From: Centroscyllium fabricii
Taxonomy: Eukaryota
Length of the DNA: 64,000 bases
NCBI GenBank assembly: GCA_051313645.2
Contig: JBNRSN020000024.1
Span: forward strand, 93,806,001-93,870,000
Direction: 5' to 3'
The notes beneath the pieces are model-generated. The model was not told the DNA's origin. It saw only the letters and a program-made list of their open reading frames with translations, and did not search any database. Below, one piece after another: positions 25,933 to 39,041 of this stretch. The first letter of the stretch is position 1. Each line of letters begins with the position of its first letter. Made by a program: the position numbers and the translations under genes.

Positions 25933-26667
25933 AGGCTTGTCCCATATGGCACTGACCAGTCATGGAGCTGCAGAGAGATACTGTGCTCTCGCTACTCTTT
26001 AATGTTGTTTTCAGTAGAGAGAAGTTGATGTCGGATCCCAATATTTTAAACAGCTCAATTCTACACATGATGCTTTCCTCAAATCATCTCCTTTTTATAA
26101 CAAGCAAACTTGACAAATGCACAATTTTCAGCGTCCTTTGTTATTTGACTGTGAAGGGTTGGGCTGTCTGATCAGGAGCAATGGAGCTGCAAGTACACCT
26201 GGTGATTTGAACGCGTTTACCATTGCGAAGGGTTCACGATACTTCGCCCACACGCCCCACAACAGGTTCTAATTATATTTTAAACACGAGGCAGCCTCAA
26301 ATCTCTTGGTAACATTATCTGAAATGCACCTTTAGGGATTGATCTCAGCATTTGCTTGAATATGATGAAGCCAATGGCCAGAGTAAATAATTAATACCCT
26401 TTGCAGCCACAATCAACCCTCTGAGGATTAGAGTATAGACCTCACTATAAAAGTTCAAACATTCCAACATACGTAACACCTTATCTAATCTGACCGTGCC
26501 GGATATTAAGCAGCTCATATTACAGTTTCTATCTGAAGATTTATGAAGTGAATAAAGGAAGCAGCATTTGAAAGTGGTGGGAGACATACGGTCCTGAAAA
26601 GGTTAACAGGAATGTATGGATATGTACAGTTTGGTTTTCTCGTTACAAATGACTGCTTCCTGACTGC

Positions 26668-26940
26668 AGTAGCCTGGCCAGACTGCACAGGTCACTAACA
26701 GACTGCACAGGTCACTAACAGACTGTGTAGCCTGGCCAGACTGCACAGGTCACTAACAGACTGCACAGGTCACTAACAGACTGTGTAGCCTGGCCAGACT
26801 GCACAGGTCACTAACAGACTGTGTAGCCTGGCCAGACTGCACAGGTCACTAACAGACTGCACAGGTCACTAACAGACTGTGTAGCCTGGCCAGACTGCAC
26901 AGGTCACTAACAGACTGCACAGGTCACTAACAGACTGTGT
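26668..26940. repeat. Composite tandem repeat: a 20-bp unit CAGACTGCACAGGTCACTAA interleaved with CAGACTGTGTAGCCTGGC
   Basis: Directly visible. Confidence 0.95.
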
Positions 26941-28569
26941 TTCTCTAACTACACAAAACCTGCAACTGTGCAAACTTCTCCCTTACCCATCAGGCATTTC
27001 CGTTCTGCTGTCAGTTAACCAATTGCTAAATCTTCACAGCCTGCAACAAATACCAGAACTGGCACGACAGCGACAGGCTTCAGTTCAAGGGATCATGAGG
27101 GTCAAAACACAGAACTCTGGGATATTAAAGTCCACCACACATTCAACGTGCGGCTCACAGCTACAGTCTGACCTTGATTTCCTGTGTTTTGAGAAGCTCT
27201 TTTACTCTGCTCACTTCCCCTCTCCCAATCCACTCGTATTATCTTACTAAGACAATATCCACTCTAGTTAAAAACGGCTTAAGCTGGAACTAATGCAGTA
27301 ATTCGCTTGACAAGCAGACAACCCTTCAGCAGAGGGGGAATGTGGGCTGCCAGCAGCCTGAGGAAACCCCAGCCAGCAACGTACCTGAATCTTCATCTGC
27401 TATAGAGAGCTCTGTACCGTCCACCCAACTTACGAAGTGGGTGTCAGGCTGACGCCTACCCTCTCCACAACACAGACAAGCTTGAGCCTGCAAAAAGGCA
27501 GCGGCGTCACTGAGCCCCTTAGACCAGCTGTTTGACCTGTCACTGCACATATTCCAGGAAACTGTATCATCCTGCTGCACAAGCTAGCCTGAGGAGCGTC
27601 TCTATCTCACATGCACACTCTAATCTGCAGGGTCAGACAAGGTAATCCCACAGAGCCTGCATCATTGGTCCTTACAGCAGCACATCAAGTAGATTGAGTG
27701 GATCACTGGACTATACCATTGCAGTTACAAAAAGGAGGGGGAGCAGCACTCAGGCAGGCAACGAAGCAAACCTTGATCCTTACAGAAAAGCTGCCAAGCA
27801 GCAGCACCCCTGCTGCATCGCCCTGTCCAGTCACATTATCTGCACTGACATCAGTCTGATTGCAACTCTGTTGTAACAAAACGCTGGAATCTCTCTCAGA
27901 AGTCGTTGCCAAATGGGCCAAATGCAACTTTTTTTTAAAAGCTCATCTGAATACAATTTCAGAGCAGTTTGCAGCTGAAACCTTCAAGCAGTGAACTGTT
28001 AACCATTTAGGAACTGACCCAATACCCTCAGCAAATTGCAGCCAATTATTTTAATAATGCAAATAGGGCTGGTTTCATTCCTGAAACTACAAGAAATTAA
28101 AATGAGCAGCATAAAGACTGTCTGAAAACTGTTGTATCTGCATTAAATCAGATTCGCTCGGAGAACAATCTAGAACCCCACGCCTTGGATTCAGAGCTGG
28201 GAATCTTTCCTGACACAGTGGATTCCACATCTCTTTACCATCACTTCAGTCGATTCTCCCACCTCTCTTTATTTTCCCTCCCCGTTTCTCCTCTCCTGAC
28301 AGGAGGGGCAACCTGGAATACTGTTCCATGGGTCCTCGTCGCCCTCACTTGTGGCTGTTCTACTGCGCGTGTCAGCAGGTTTTTCGCCCGCAGAATATAG
28401 CACACCTGTGCCGGATTCCCATCCTCACTCAACATCCACACACACACATCCCAGCAGGAGTCATTGGAAAGTGTGCAGGAGCAGGAGCCCCCAGTGTTGA
28501 ACATTTTCATGCACATGCCCCTTTATCATTCCGCAACACAAGTCAGGGCAGGAGCTCGCAGCACATCGG

Positions 28570-29320
28570 CAAAAATCTCCACAAACTACTCCGCACACAG
28601 TGTGAGGCTGTGGAATTCACTTCCAGGGTTAGCGGTCGAGCCAGAAACTACGTCAACATTTAAGATTAGATTGGACAGGTGGCTAGAGCAAAAGTGGAGA
28701 AAGAGATACAGGGATAGGGCGAGTAAATGTGATTAGAACTATTTGCTTGCAAGGAGGGTACAGTAAATGCTGTCAGACTTGTTGGGCCAAATGGCCTGTG
28801 TTCCTGTTGTAACCTCTATGTATTTCTAAACTCAGCATAAGAAATAGGAGCAGGAGTCGGCCAATCGGCCCCTCGAGCCTGCTCCGCCATTCAACAAGAT
28901 CATGGCTGATCTGATCCTAACAACCAATCTACTATCACAGAAGCATCTCCTGAATCTAACAGAATTAGACACGCGCAATAGGAGCAGGATCAGGCTACAC
29001 GGTCCCTGGGCCCGCTCCACTATCCACAGGGCCATGACCGATCTGAACCTAGACTCATGTCCAAATTCCTGCCCGCTCCCCGTAACCCTTAATCTCTTTT
29101 CCTTCTAGGAAACTGTCTATTTCTGTTTTAAATTTATGTAATGAAGTAGCTTCTACAGCTTTTTGGGGCAGCATGTTCCATGGACCTACCACCCTCTGAG
29201 TGAAGTAGTTTCTCCTCATCTCAGTTTTGAAAGAGCAGCCCCATATTCTAAGATTATACCCCCTAGTTCTAGTTTCACCCATCATTGGGAACATCCTCCC
29301 CGCGTCCACCCGATCCAACC
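28570..29320. mobile_element. Cluster of CR1 3' ends (plus about 28570-28830; minus about 28835-28920 and 28975-29320)
   Basis: VRLWNSLP..FKIRLDRWL, YFTQRVVGPWNMLP and CR1 tail motifs. Confidence 0.78.
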
Positions 29321-29745
29321 AAAAGGGTGGCCAGGACCCATCACTGCCCCTTTGAAACCAGCCCAACCCCATCACTGCCCCTTTGAAAGCAGCCCAAGGA
29401 CGTGGCCCTGCCTCCAGTTTCCGCCCTTCTTGTGAGCAGGTGGCCTCCTGTTGGCTGCTGATCATTGTTAAGCGCAGGAAGTCGACACACGGCAGACTGT
29501 GGCCTGTGAGCCAGCACTCCGTGGCATCACTGTTAGCTTGCTCTACTTCAATAAATGAATAAGCAAGTGAGAGATATCCTGGTCCACATATACCTGCACT
29601 TCTCAATTAGATAATAAACCCACAGACCCAAAGGATAAGTGCTCATTACTCACAGCAAGTCAGATACACAGCAGCATTCTGGTTAAGCAGTTTAATTATG
29701 TTCCATTGAGAACCATGGGGATAATGCTGCAAATGTTACTTCACA

Positions 29746-31169
29746 CAGGGTGCGACAAAACCGCTTGCCCAGGGCAAGCAAAATGCGCCCTCGGGCAAGC
29801 AAAAGAAATTCGCACTTGCCCGACCGGGCAAGCGATGTGCGGACATCCGAGTTGTGCCTCCCAGAGCCTGCGCAGTGGCCGGGTCCGGCAATAGAGCTGA
29901 GGGTGTGCGCGCGCAGCCAGGCGGCGAGCGGCGATGAAGAGGCGGGCCGCGGGGTGAAGCCGCGCTCTCCGTTGGTCATTCAGCCAGGCGCTGCAGTCGA
30001 ATGGCGGGCCCTGGTTGGGGCCGGGGGTTGGCGCTGCTCCTCTGGCGGGGTGGAGCTGCTGCTGCTCGGAGTGTGTGTCGGGGCAGTCCCGGGGTCAACG
30101 AGCGTGGAGGAATTGTGGAGGCTAATCGGTGAGTGTCGGGCCGGGCACACTATTATAGTACTTATAATACAAAATATAGTACAAAAAAACCCAGATGGCC
30201 AGCCAATAAATTACCTGAATTAAATAGTTCTGATGTTAAACCTGTGGTTGCAGTTTATTCCATCATCAGAATCCTGCATGTCAAGTACTGTCATATCTTC
30301 CTGCCATCCATCATTACCCAATATTTGTTTTTACAAAGTCATAGAGTCATAGAGTTTTACAGCACAGAAAGAGGCCCTTCACCCAAAGACATGCAGGTTA
30401 GGTGAATTGGAGATACTAAAAATTGCCCATGGTATGTGCGTGAGATATAGTTCTTAGAGTTGGGGCTGTTGGGAGATATGGGGAGAGGGTAGGACGGGGG
30501 TGCTGGGTTTGGATGATCAGCCATGATCTCATCAAAATGGCGGATCAGGCTCGAAGGTCCGAATGGCCGACTCCTGCTCCTATCTTCTGTGTTTCTGTGG
30601 CCCATTGCGTCCGCGCCGGCCATCAAGCCCTGTCTATTCTAATCCCATTTTCCAGCACTTGGACCGTAGCCTTGTATGCTATGGCATTTCAAGTGCTCAT
30701 CTAAATGCTTCCTGAATGTTGAGGGTTCCTGCCTCTACCACCCTTTCAGGTAGTGAGTTCCAGATTCCAACCACCTTCTGGGTGAAAAAGTTCTTCCTCA
30801 AATCCCCTCTAAACCTCCTGCTCCTTACCTTGAAACTATGCCCCTGGTTATTGATCCCCTCTACTAAGGGGAAAAGTTCCTTTCTATCTACCCTATCTAT
30901 GCCCCTCATAATGTTGTACACCTCAATCAGGTCCAATAGTTATAGCAATACATATTCTTCAGTATATCTGTCTCCAAACTGTTTTTTAACCTGTACCAGA
31001 TCAGTAATGGGCAAGATTGATGGCAGACATAAAAGGTACACCAACTACAATCACAATCTATGGCTTTATATTGAAGCATTTTAATAAAAATGTAAAATCT
31101 TTATTTATTTCTTTAAAAATTTCGGGCAGGTGTTTTAGAAATCGAAAAGAATGTTTTTGTAGCACCCTG
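29746..31169. mobile_element. Non-autonomous DNA transposon (hAT-like termini) carrying a nested CR1 3' end (about 30338-30935, minus) that itself contains a V-SINE fragment (about 30381-30597, plus)
   Basis: TIRs CAGGGTGCGACAAAA / TTTTGTAGCACCCTG (one mismatch in 15 bp). The flanks CTTCACA / CTTTACA look like a degenerate TSD. The left subterminal region is CpG-rich with repeated GGGCAAG. Confidence 0.72.
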
Positions 31170-31400
31170 CTTTACAGTAAGTGTAAAAGATAAACTATGT
31201 CTTAACATTTAAACTAAAATTGTAAAGAATAAAAACACCTGTTAAAAAGTTTCCAACTTTATAAACTCATACAGCACAGGAGGCAGCCATTTGACCCAAT
31301 GTGCCTGTGCCAGCTCTTTAATGAGCTGTCCAATTAGTCCCACTCACCTGCTCTTCGCCCATAACCCTGCAAATTTTACCCTCATGTCCCTTGGGTATCA

Positions 31401-33848
31401 GTGACTGGGGCATTTACACTACTGACAACGGGTGTCACGGTGACTGGGGCATTTACACGACTGACAACGGGTGTCACGGTGACTGGGGCATTTACACTAC
31501 TGACAACAGGTGTCACGGTGACTGGGGCATTTACACTACTGACAACAGGTGGCACGGTGACTGGGGCATTTACACTACTGATAACAGGTGGCACGGTGAC
31601 TGGGGCATTTACACTACTGACAACAGGCGGCACAGTGACTGGGGCATTTACACGACTGACAACGGGTGTCACGGTGACTGGGGCATTTACACTACTGACA
31701 ACAGGTGGCACGGTGACTGGGGCATTTACACTACTGACAATGGGTGTCACGGTGACTGGGGCATTTACACTACTGACAACAGGTGTCACGGTGACTGGGG
31801 CATTTACACTACTGACAACAGGTGTCACGGTGACTGGGGCATTTACACTACTGACAACAGGTGTCACGGTGACTGGGACATTTACACTACTGACAACGGG
31901 TGTCACGGTGACTGGGGCATTTACACTACTGACAACGGGTGTCACGGTGACTGGGGCATTTACACTACTGACAACAGGTTGTCACGGTGACTGGAACACT
32001 TACACGACTGACAACAGGTTGTCACGGTGACTGGGGCATTTACACTACTGACAACAGGTGCCACAGTGACTGGGGCATTTACACTACTGACAACAGGTGT
32101 CACGGTGACTGGGACACTTACACTACTGACACCGGGTGTCACGGTGACTGGGGCATTTACACTACTGACCACGGGTGTCACGGTGACTGGGGCATTTACA
32201 CTACTGACAACGGGTGTCACGGTGACTGGGACACTTACACGACTGACAACGGGTATCACCGTGACTGGGGCATTTACACGACTGACAACGGGTGTCACGG
32301 TGACTGGGGCATTTACACTACTGACAACAGGTGGCACGGTGACTGGGGCATTTACACTACTGACAATGGGTGTCACGGTGACTGGGGCATTTACACTACT
32401 GACAACAGGTGTCACGGTGACTGGGACATTTACACTACTGACAACGGGTGTCACGGTGACTGGGGCATTTACACGACTGACACCGGGTGTCACGGTGACT
32501 GGGGCATTTACACTACTGACAACAGGTTGTCACGGTGACTGGAACACTTACACGACTGACAACAGGTTGTCACGGTGACTGGGGCATTTACACTACTGAC
32601 AACAGGTGCCACAGTGACTGGGGCATTTACACTACTGACAACAGGTGTCACGGTGACTGGGACACTTACACTACTGACACCGGGTGTCACGGTGACTGGG
32701 GCATTTACACTACTGACCACGGGTGTCACGGTGACTGGGGCATTTACACTACTGACCACGGGTGTCACGGTGACTGGGGCATTTACACTACTGACAACGG
32801 GTGTCACGGTGACTGGGACACTTACACGACTGACAACGGGTATCACCGTGACTGGGGCATTTACACTACTGACAACAGGTGTCACGGTGACTGGGGCATT
32901 TACACTACTGGCAACGGGTGTCACGGTGACTGAGAAACTTACACTACTGACAACAGGTGTCACGGTGACTGGGGCATTTACACTACTGACAACAGGTGTC
33001 ACGGTGACTGGGACACTTACACGACTGGCAACGGGTGTCACGGTGACTGAGACACTTACACTACTGACAACAGGTGTCACGGTGACTGGGGCATTTACAC
33101 AACTGACACCGGGTGTCACGGTGACTGGGACATTTACACTACTGACAACAGGTGTCACGGTGACTGGGGCATTTACACTACTGACAACAGGTGTCACGGT
33201 GACTGGGGCATTTACACTACTGACAACAGGTGTCACGGTGACCGGGGCATTTACACTAGTGACAACGGGTGCCACAGTGACTGGGACACTTACACTACTG
33301 ACAACAGGTGTCACGGTGACTGGGACACTTACACTACTGACACCGGGTGCCACGGTGACTGGGACACTTACACGACTGACACCGGGTGTCACGGTGACTG
33401 GGGAATTTACACTGCTGACAACAGGTGTCATGGTGAATGGGACACTTACACGACTGGCAACGGGTGTCACGGTGACTGAGACACTTACACGACTGACAAC
33501 GGGTGTCACGGTGACTGGGACACTTCCACGACTGACAATGGGTGTCATGGTGACTGGGACACTTACACGACTGACAACGGGTGTCACGGTGACTGGGGCA
33601 TTTACACAACTGACACCGGCTGTCACGGTGACTGGGGCATTTACACAACTGACACCGGGTGTCACGGTGACTGGGACACTTACACTACTGACAACAGGTG
33701 TCACGGGGACAGGGACACTTACACGACTGACAACAGGTGTCACGGTGACTGGGACACTTACACGACTGACAATAGGTGTCACGGTGACTGGGACACTTAC
33801 ACTACTGACACCAGGTGTCACGGTGACTGGGACACTTACACTACTGAT
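31401..33848. repeat. 39-bp minisatellite, about 63 units (GTGACTGGGGCATTTACACTACTGACAACGGGTGTCACG)
   Basis: Directly visible tandem array lying about 125 bp from the NCOR1 exon donor at 33975. Confidence 0.99.
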
Positions 33849-33974
33849 GTCGTCATTTAAAGTGGTCGGTTTCACCAGCGGCTGCTCGTAGTCCACTAAT
33901 CCAGTTTGTAAATTTCGTCCTTTATCCAGCTCTTGCTCCCGTTCTTTTAAAGTCACTATTCCGCCGTTTCTTAC

Positions 33975-34076
33975 CGTATTCCTCCCTCTGCGGCGGCCGT
34001 AGTTCCTCCTCACAAGATTCTTGTAGTTCTCATTTTTCTTGGTCAAATAATAATACAGAACACAGTCTGCTACACA
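33975..34076 (-). CDS. NCOR1: NCOR1 internal exon (102 nt), SANT1 third helix and basic segment
   Basis: ttcctcag|TGT GTA GCA GAC...AAT ACG|gtaaga = CVADCVLYYYLTKKNENYKNLVRRNYGRRRGRNT, phase 0/0. The YYYLTKK motif of the HDAC3/inositol-phosphate-binding DAD is intact. Confidence 0.96.
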
Positions 34077-34714
34077 CTGAGGAAATAGAACAAGGGCATA
34101 TTAGGACAATGTGTGCCTATTGGAAAACATTGACATTACTTTATGTACTGCTGCATAAGATCTGTAATCTCAATCCACTCAAAAGACATTAACCACATCA
34201 TGTACAAACACTTCACCAGAGTTTCTCCACATCTAGCAGCTCTGGTTTGGAGAGATCCTCGTTGACAGAGCTACAAGCCAGTGGGATTAGTTTTGGACTG
34301 TTCTTGTGAAAAGCCAGAACAGAAAAGATGGGCCCAATGGCCACCTTCTGTGCTGTAAACCTCTATGGCTCTCAACATGAAGCCCTTTCAACCTTCATCT
34401 CAACCAGCTCATCCCTGCACACATATTACTATTGATTTCAGCCATGGAACCCAGTGAGCACTTTCTCTGGGCTTGACCAGATCATAGAATGATACAGCGC
34501 AGTAGGCCATTTGGCCCATCATGCCTGTGCCAGCTCTTTTCCCATCGTCCTGCAAATGTACCCCTTCCAGTATTTCTCCAATTCCTTTTTGTAAGTTATT
34601 ATTGAATCTGCTTCCACCGCCCTTTCAGGCAGCGCGTTCCAGATCACAACAACTCGCCGCGTAAAAAACTCTCTCATCTCGCCGCTAGTGCTTTTGCCAA
34701 TGACCTTCAATAAT

Positions 34715-35030
34715 TTAGGCTGACACTTGAATGTAAGACTGAGGGAGTGCTGTATTGTTGCACACATTATCCTTTGGATGAAATGTTAAATCGAGGACCT
34801 TTTGCCTGCTCATACAAGATTCCGCGGCACTATTCCAGAGCAGTGAGTTCCACCTGTGAACTGGCCAACATTTATTCCTCACCCAAAAAACAGGCCAACT
34901 CATTGTGTTTCATTTGCTGTTTGTGGGACCTTGCTGTGTACAAGCTAGCTGCTGCATTTGCCTACATTACAGTGACTACACTTCAACAGTAATCTATTGG
35001 CTGTGATGGATGTGAAAGGCGCTATATAGA
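34715..35030 (+). mobile_element. Deu-domain SINE fragment
   Basis: ACTGAGGGAGTGCTG..CCTTTGGATGAAATGTTAAA..TGGCCAACATTTATTCCTCA..GCTGTTTGTGGGACCTTGCTGTG..GTGAAAGGCGCTATATA. Homologous to 16080-16390. Confidence 0.75.
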
Positions 35031-37790
35031 CGATTGGTTAACGGACAGAAAACAGATAGTAGGGATAAACGGATCTTTTTCAGGCTGGCAGGCTGTAGCT
35101 AGTGGGGTGCTGCAAGGATCAGTGTTGGGGCCTCAGCTATTTACAATCTATATTAATGACCTGGATGAAGCGACCGAGTGTAATGTAGCCAGGTTTGCTG
35201 ATGATACAAAGCCAGGTGGGACAGTGAGCTGTGAGGAGAACACAGAGTCTGCAAAGGGATATAGATAGACTGAGTGAGTGGGTAGTAAGGCGTCAAATGG
35301 AATATAATGCAGGGACATGAAGTTATTCACTTTGATAGGAAGAATAGAAAAACAAAATATTTTTTAAATGGGGAGAAACTTTTACATGGTGGTGTTCAGA
35401 GAGATTTGGGTGTCCTCGTGCAAGAAACACAGAAAGCGAGCATGCAGGTACAGCAAGCAATGAGGAAGGCAAATGGCATGTTGGCCTTTATTGCAAGGGG
35501 GTTGGAGTATAAGAGTGAGGAAGTCTTGCTACAATTGTACAGGGCCTTGGTGAGACCACACCTGGAGCACTGGGCACAGTTTTGATCTCCTTATCTAAGG
35601 AAGGATATACTTGCCTTGGAGGCGGTGCAACGAAGGTTCACTAGATTGATTCCTGGGATGAGAAGGCTGTCCTATGAGGAGAGATTGTGTAGAATGGGCT
35701 GATACTCTCTGGAGTTTAGAATAATGAGAGGTGATCTCATTGAAACATATAAGATTCTGAAGGGGGATTGACAGGGTCGATGCTGAGAGGTTGTTTCACC
35801 CTGGGCTGGAGTGTCTGTAACTCGGGGGCCTAGTCTCTGGATAAGCGATAGCCCATTTAAGACTGAGGTGAGGAGGAATTTCTTCACTCAAGAAGGTTGT
35901 GAATCTTTGGAATTCTCTGCCCCAGAGGGCTGCGGATGCTGAGTCTTTGAGTATATTCAAGGCTGAGATCGAGCGATTTTTGGACTCGAGGGGAATCAAG
36001 GAATATAGAGATGAGGCACAAAGTGAAGTTGAGGTCAATGATCAGCCATGATCTCATTGAATGGCCGAGCAGGCTTGAGGGGCCGTGTGGCGGAGCAGGC
36101 TCGAGGGGCTGTGTGGCGGAGCAGGCTCGAGGGGTCGTGCGGCGGAGCAGGCTCAAGGGGCGGTGCGGCGGAGCAGGCTCGAGGGGCGGTGTGGCCGAGC
36201 AGGCTCGAGAAGCGGTGCGGCGGAGCAGGCTCAAGGGGCGGTGCGGCGGAGCAGGCTCAAGTGGTCGTGCGGCGGAGCAGGCTCGAGGGGCGGTGCGGCG
36301 GAGCAGGCTCGAGGGGCGGTGCGGCGGAGCAGGCTCGAGAAGCGGTGCGGCGGAGCAGGCTCGAGGGGTCGTGCGGCGGAGCAGGCTCGAGAAGCCGTGT
36401 GGCAGAGCAGGCTCGAGGGGTCGTGCGACGGAGCAGGCTTGAGAAGCGGTGTGGCGGAGCAGGCTTGAGGGGCCGTGTGGCGGAGCAGGCTCGAGAAGCC
36501 GTGTGGCAGAGCAGGCTCGAGGGGTCGTGCGACGGAGCAGGCTCGAGAAGCGGTGTGGCGGAGCAGGCTCGAGGGGCCGTGTGGCGGAGCAGGCTTGAGG
36601 GGCCGTGAGGCGGAGAAGGCTCGAGAAGCGGTGTGGCGGAGCAGGCTCGAGGGGTCGTGTGGCGGAGCAGGCTCGAGGGGCGGTGTGGCGGAGCAGGCTC
36701 GAGGGGCGGTGTGGCGGAGCAGGCTCGAGGGGCGGTGTGGCGGAGCAGGCTCGACGGGCGGTGTGGCGGAGCAGGCTCGACGGGCGGTGTGGCGGAGCAG
36801 GCTCGAGGGGCCGTGTGGTGGAGCAGGCTCGAGGGGCCGATTGGCGGAGCAGGCTCGAGGGGCCGATTGGCGGAGCAGGCTCGAGGGGCCGTGTGGCGGA
36901 GCAGGCTCGAGGGGCCGTGAGGCGGAGAAGGCTCGAGAAGCGGTGTGGCGGAGCAGGCTCGAGGGGTCGTGTGGCGGAGCAGGCTCGAGGGGCGGTGTGG
37001 CGGAGCAGGCTCGAGGGGCGGTGTGGCGGAGCAGGCTCGACGGGCGGTGTGGCGGAGCAGGCTCGACGGGCGGTGTGGCGGAGCAGGCTCGACGGGCGGT
37101 GTGGCGGAGCAGGCTCGACGGGCGGTGTGGCGGAGCAGGCTCGAGGGGCCGTGTGGCGGAGCAGGCTCGAGGGGCCGATTGGCGGAGCAGGCTCGAGGGG
37201 CCGATTGGCGGAGCAGGCTCGAGGGGTCGTGCGGCGGAGCAGGCTCGAGGGGCGGTGCGGCGGAGCAGGCTCGAGGGGCGGAGCAGGCTCGAGGGGCGGT
37301 GTGGCGGAGCAGGCTCGAGGGGCGGTGCGGCGGAGCAGGCTCGAGGGGCCGTGTGGCGGAGCAGGCTCGAGGGGTCGTGCGGCGGAGCAGGCTCGAGGGG
37401 TCGTGCGGCGGAGCAGGCTCGAGGGGCGGTGCGGCGGAGCAGGCTCGAGGGGCGGTGCGGCGGAGCAGGCTCGAGGGGCGGTGCGGCGGAGCAGGCTCGA
37501 GGGGCGGTGCGGCGGAGCAGGCTCGAGGGGCGGTGTGGCGGAGCAGGCTCGAGGGGCGGTGTGGCGGAGCAGGCTCGAGGGGCGGTGCGGCGGAGCAGGC
37601 TCGAGGGGTCGTGCGGCGGAGCAGGCTCGAGGGGCGGTGTGGCGGAGCAGGCTCGAGAAGCGGTGTGGCGGAGCAGGCTCGAGGGGCGGAGCAGGCTCGA
37701 GGGGTCGTGTGGCAGAGCAGGCTCGAGGGGCCGAGCGGCGGAGCAGGCTCGAGGGGCCGTATGGCCGACTCCTGCTCTTATTTCTTATTT
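35031..37790 (+). mobile_element. CR1 LINE RT and 3' end whose tail is expanded into a 26-bp array
   Basis: QRDLGVLV, HLEHWAQF. The tail begins GATCAGCCATGATCTCATTGAATGGC at 36040 and finishes ATGGCCGACTCCTGCTCTTATTTCTTAT at 37761-37788. Confidence 0.92.
36058..37768. repeat. 26-bp GC-rich minisatellite, about 66 units (GGCGGAGCAGGCTCGAGGGGCGGTGT)
   Basis: Directly visible tandem array. Confidence 0.99.
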
Positions 37791-39041
37791 AAATGCAAGC
37801 TCATTCTTCCTTTCCTCACCACATCGCATGGATCTCTTATTTGCTAAACACATCCTGTGACCATATCTAGGGATGAAGCACAAAAGCTTTAACTGCCATG
37901 GAGACTGTAGGATTCCATTATTATGTTTCCTGGTGGCAAAGGCCACTTGTTTAGCTAAATGCTTTCCTTGTTCATGGCATGTTGTGCAGACAGTGCTGAG
38001 CACAAAGTATGGCGTGGTTCTGGTGGTCCTTATGCACCACACTGCAGTGCTGTCCAACCAGATATTCATTGATTTATCGCAGACTTGTTCTGTGAAGGGA
38101 CACAGGGCTAGCCAAGTGCATCTAACTGTCTGTGCCCATGCCCCTCAGGCTCCAGCTCCCTGACATAAGCATCTAAATGCTAGCAAGGCAAAAAAAAAAC
38201 AGTGGGCGCTTTCAGCAGAAACCGGCACAGTACATTTGACTTGAGACTACCATTTTAAGAGTACTTGCCTCTTGGTTGAGCTCTGTAACGGAGAGTGCCT
38301 CAGGGGCCATTGCGCAAGCAATTTTAATTGGAACAGCTTCATGAGTACTGCTTGCATCTGGTGCTTGCTACCTCCAAGTGTGAAGCACTGGAGCTGCATG
38401 ATCAGGAAGAATTCTTCTGCTAGTGAGACGACGCAGCAGCCTGTAACTGAGTACCTATCGAAGAGAGATCCTGCACTGGCCACAGAGGAGATTTTACCCA
38501 TTCTAACCCATCATTTCCCCTGTTCTGATGATTGCCTATGCATGTATGTGTGGAGCATGAACAAAGAAGAATGGAAGGTTATTAGGAGAGGAAGGCTTTG
38601 CCCAAATGCTGTGATTAGTATCTGTAACAAATCCTGACACTTTACATCATAACTAAGCTGCATTCAACACACACACACGCACCTGTAAGTGAATTGCTGT
38701 AAGCTCAGGAATGTGGCCCGATCTGTACAGGAAGTTGGTGCAGGAATAACAGCACAATGCTCACTCTGCAGCGTTGAAACCATTTGCTCTTTATCAACTC
38801 TTTCATTCTCCTTCTCTCTTTCCATTTCAAGGACTTTTTTTATATACTCAGTTCTACCCTCTTTCACAGGATTCTCACAAGAATCACCAACAACTGCCAG
38901 ATTCTTGCCTGGCTTTTGATTCAAGTGTGTTGGTATGAGGGAGGGTTAAGCGTTATGTGGTGCACAAACTAATTTACATTTTTAAAACGTCTTCCCTCAT
39001 CCCCTCCATACTGAAAAAATAATCACTTTGGTAAAAGTGAC

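Noticed and set aside
31382-33891. Mucin-, adhesin- or ice-binding-like ORFs (VTVTGAFTLLTTG, GDWGIYTTDNRCH)
   Set aside because: These are minisatellite translations open in several frames on both strands, with no signal peptide or splice structure seen.
36011-37860. Arg/Gly-rich ORFs of 140-460 aa
   Set aside because: Translations of the 26-bp array derived from a CR1 tail.
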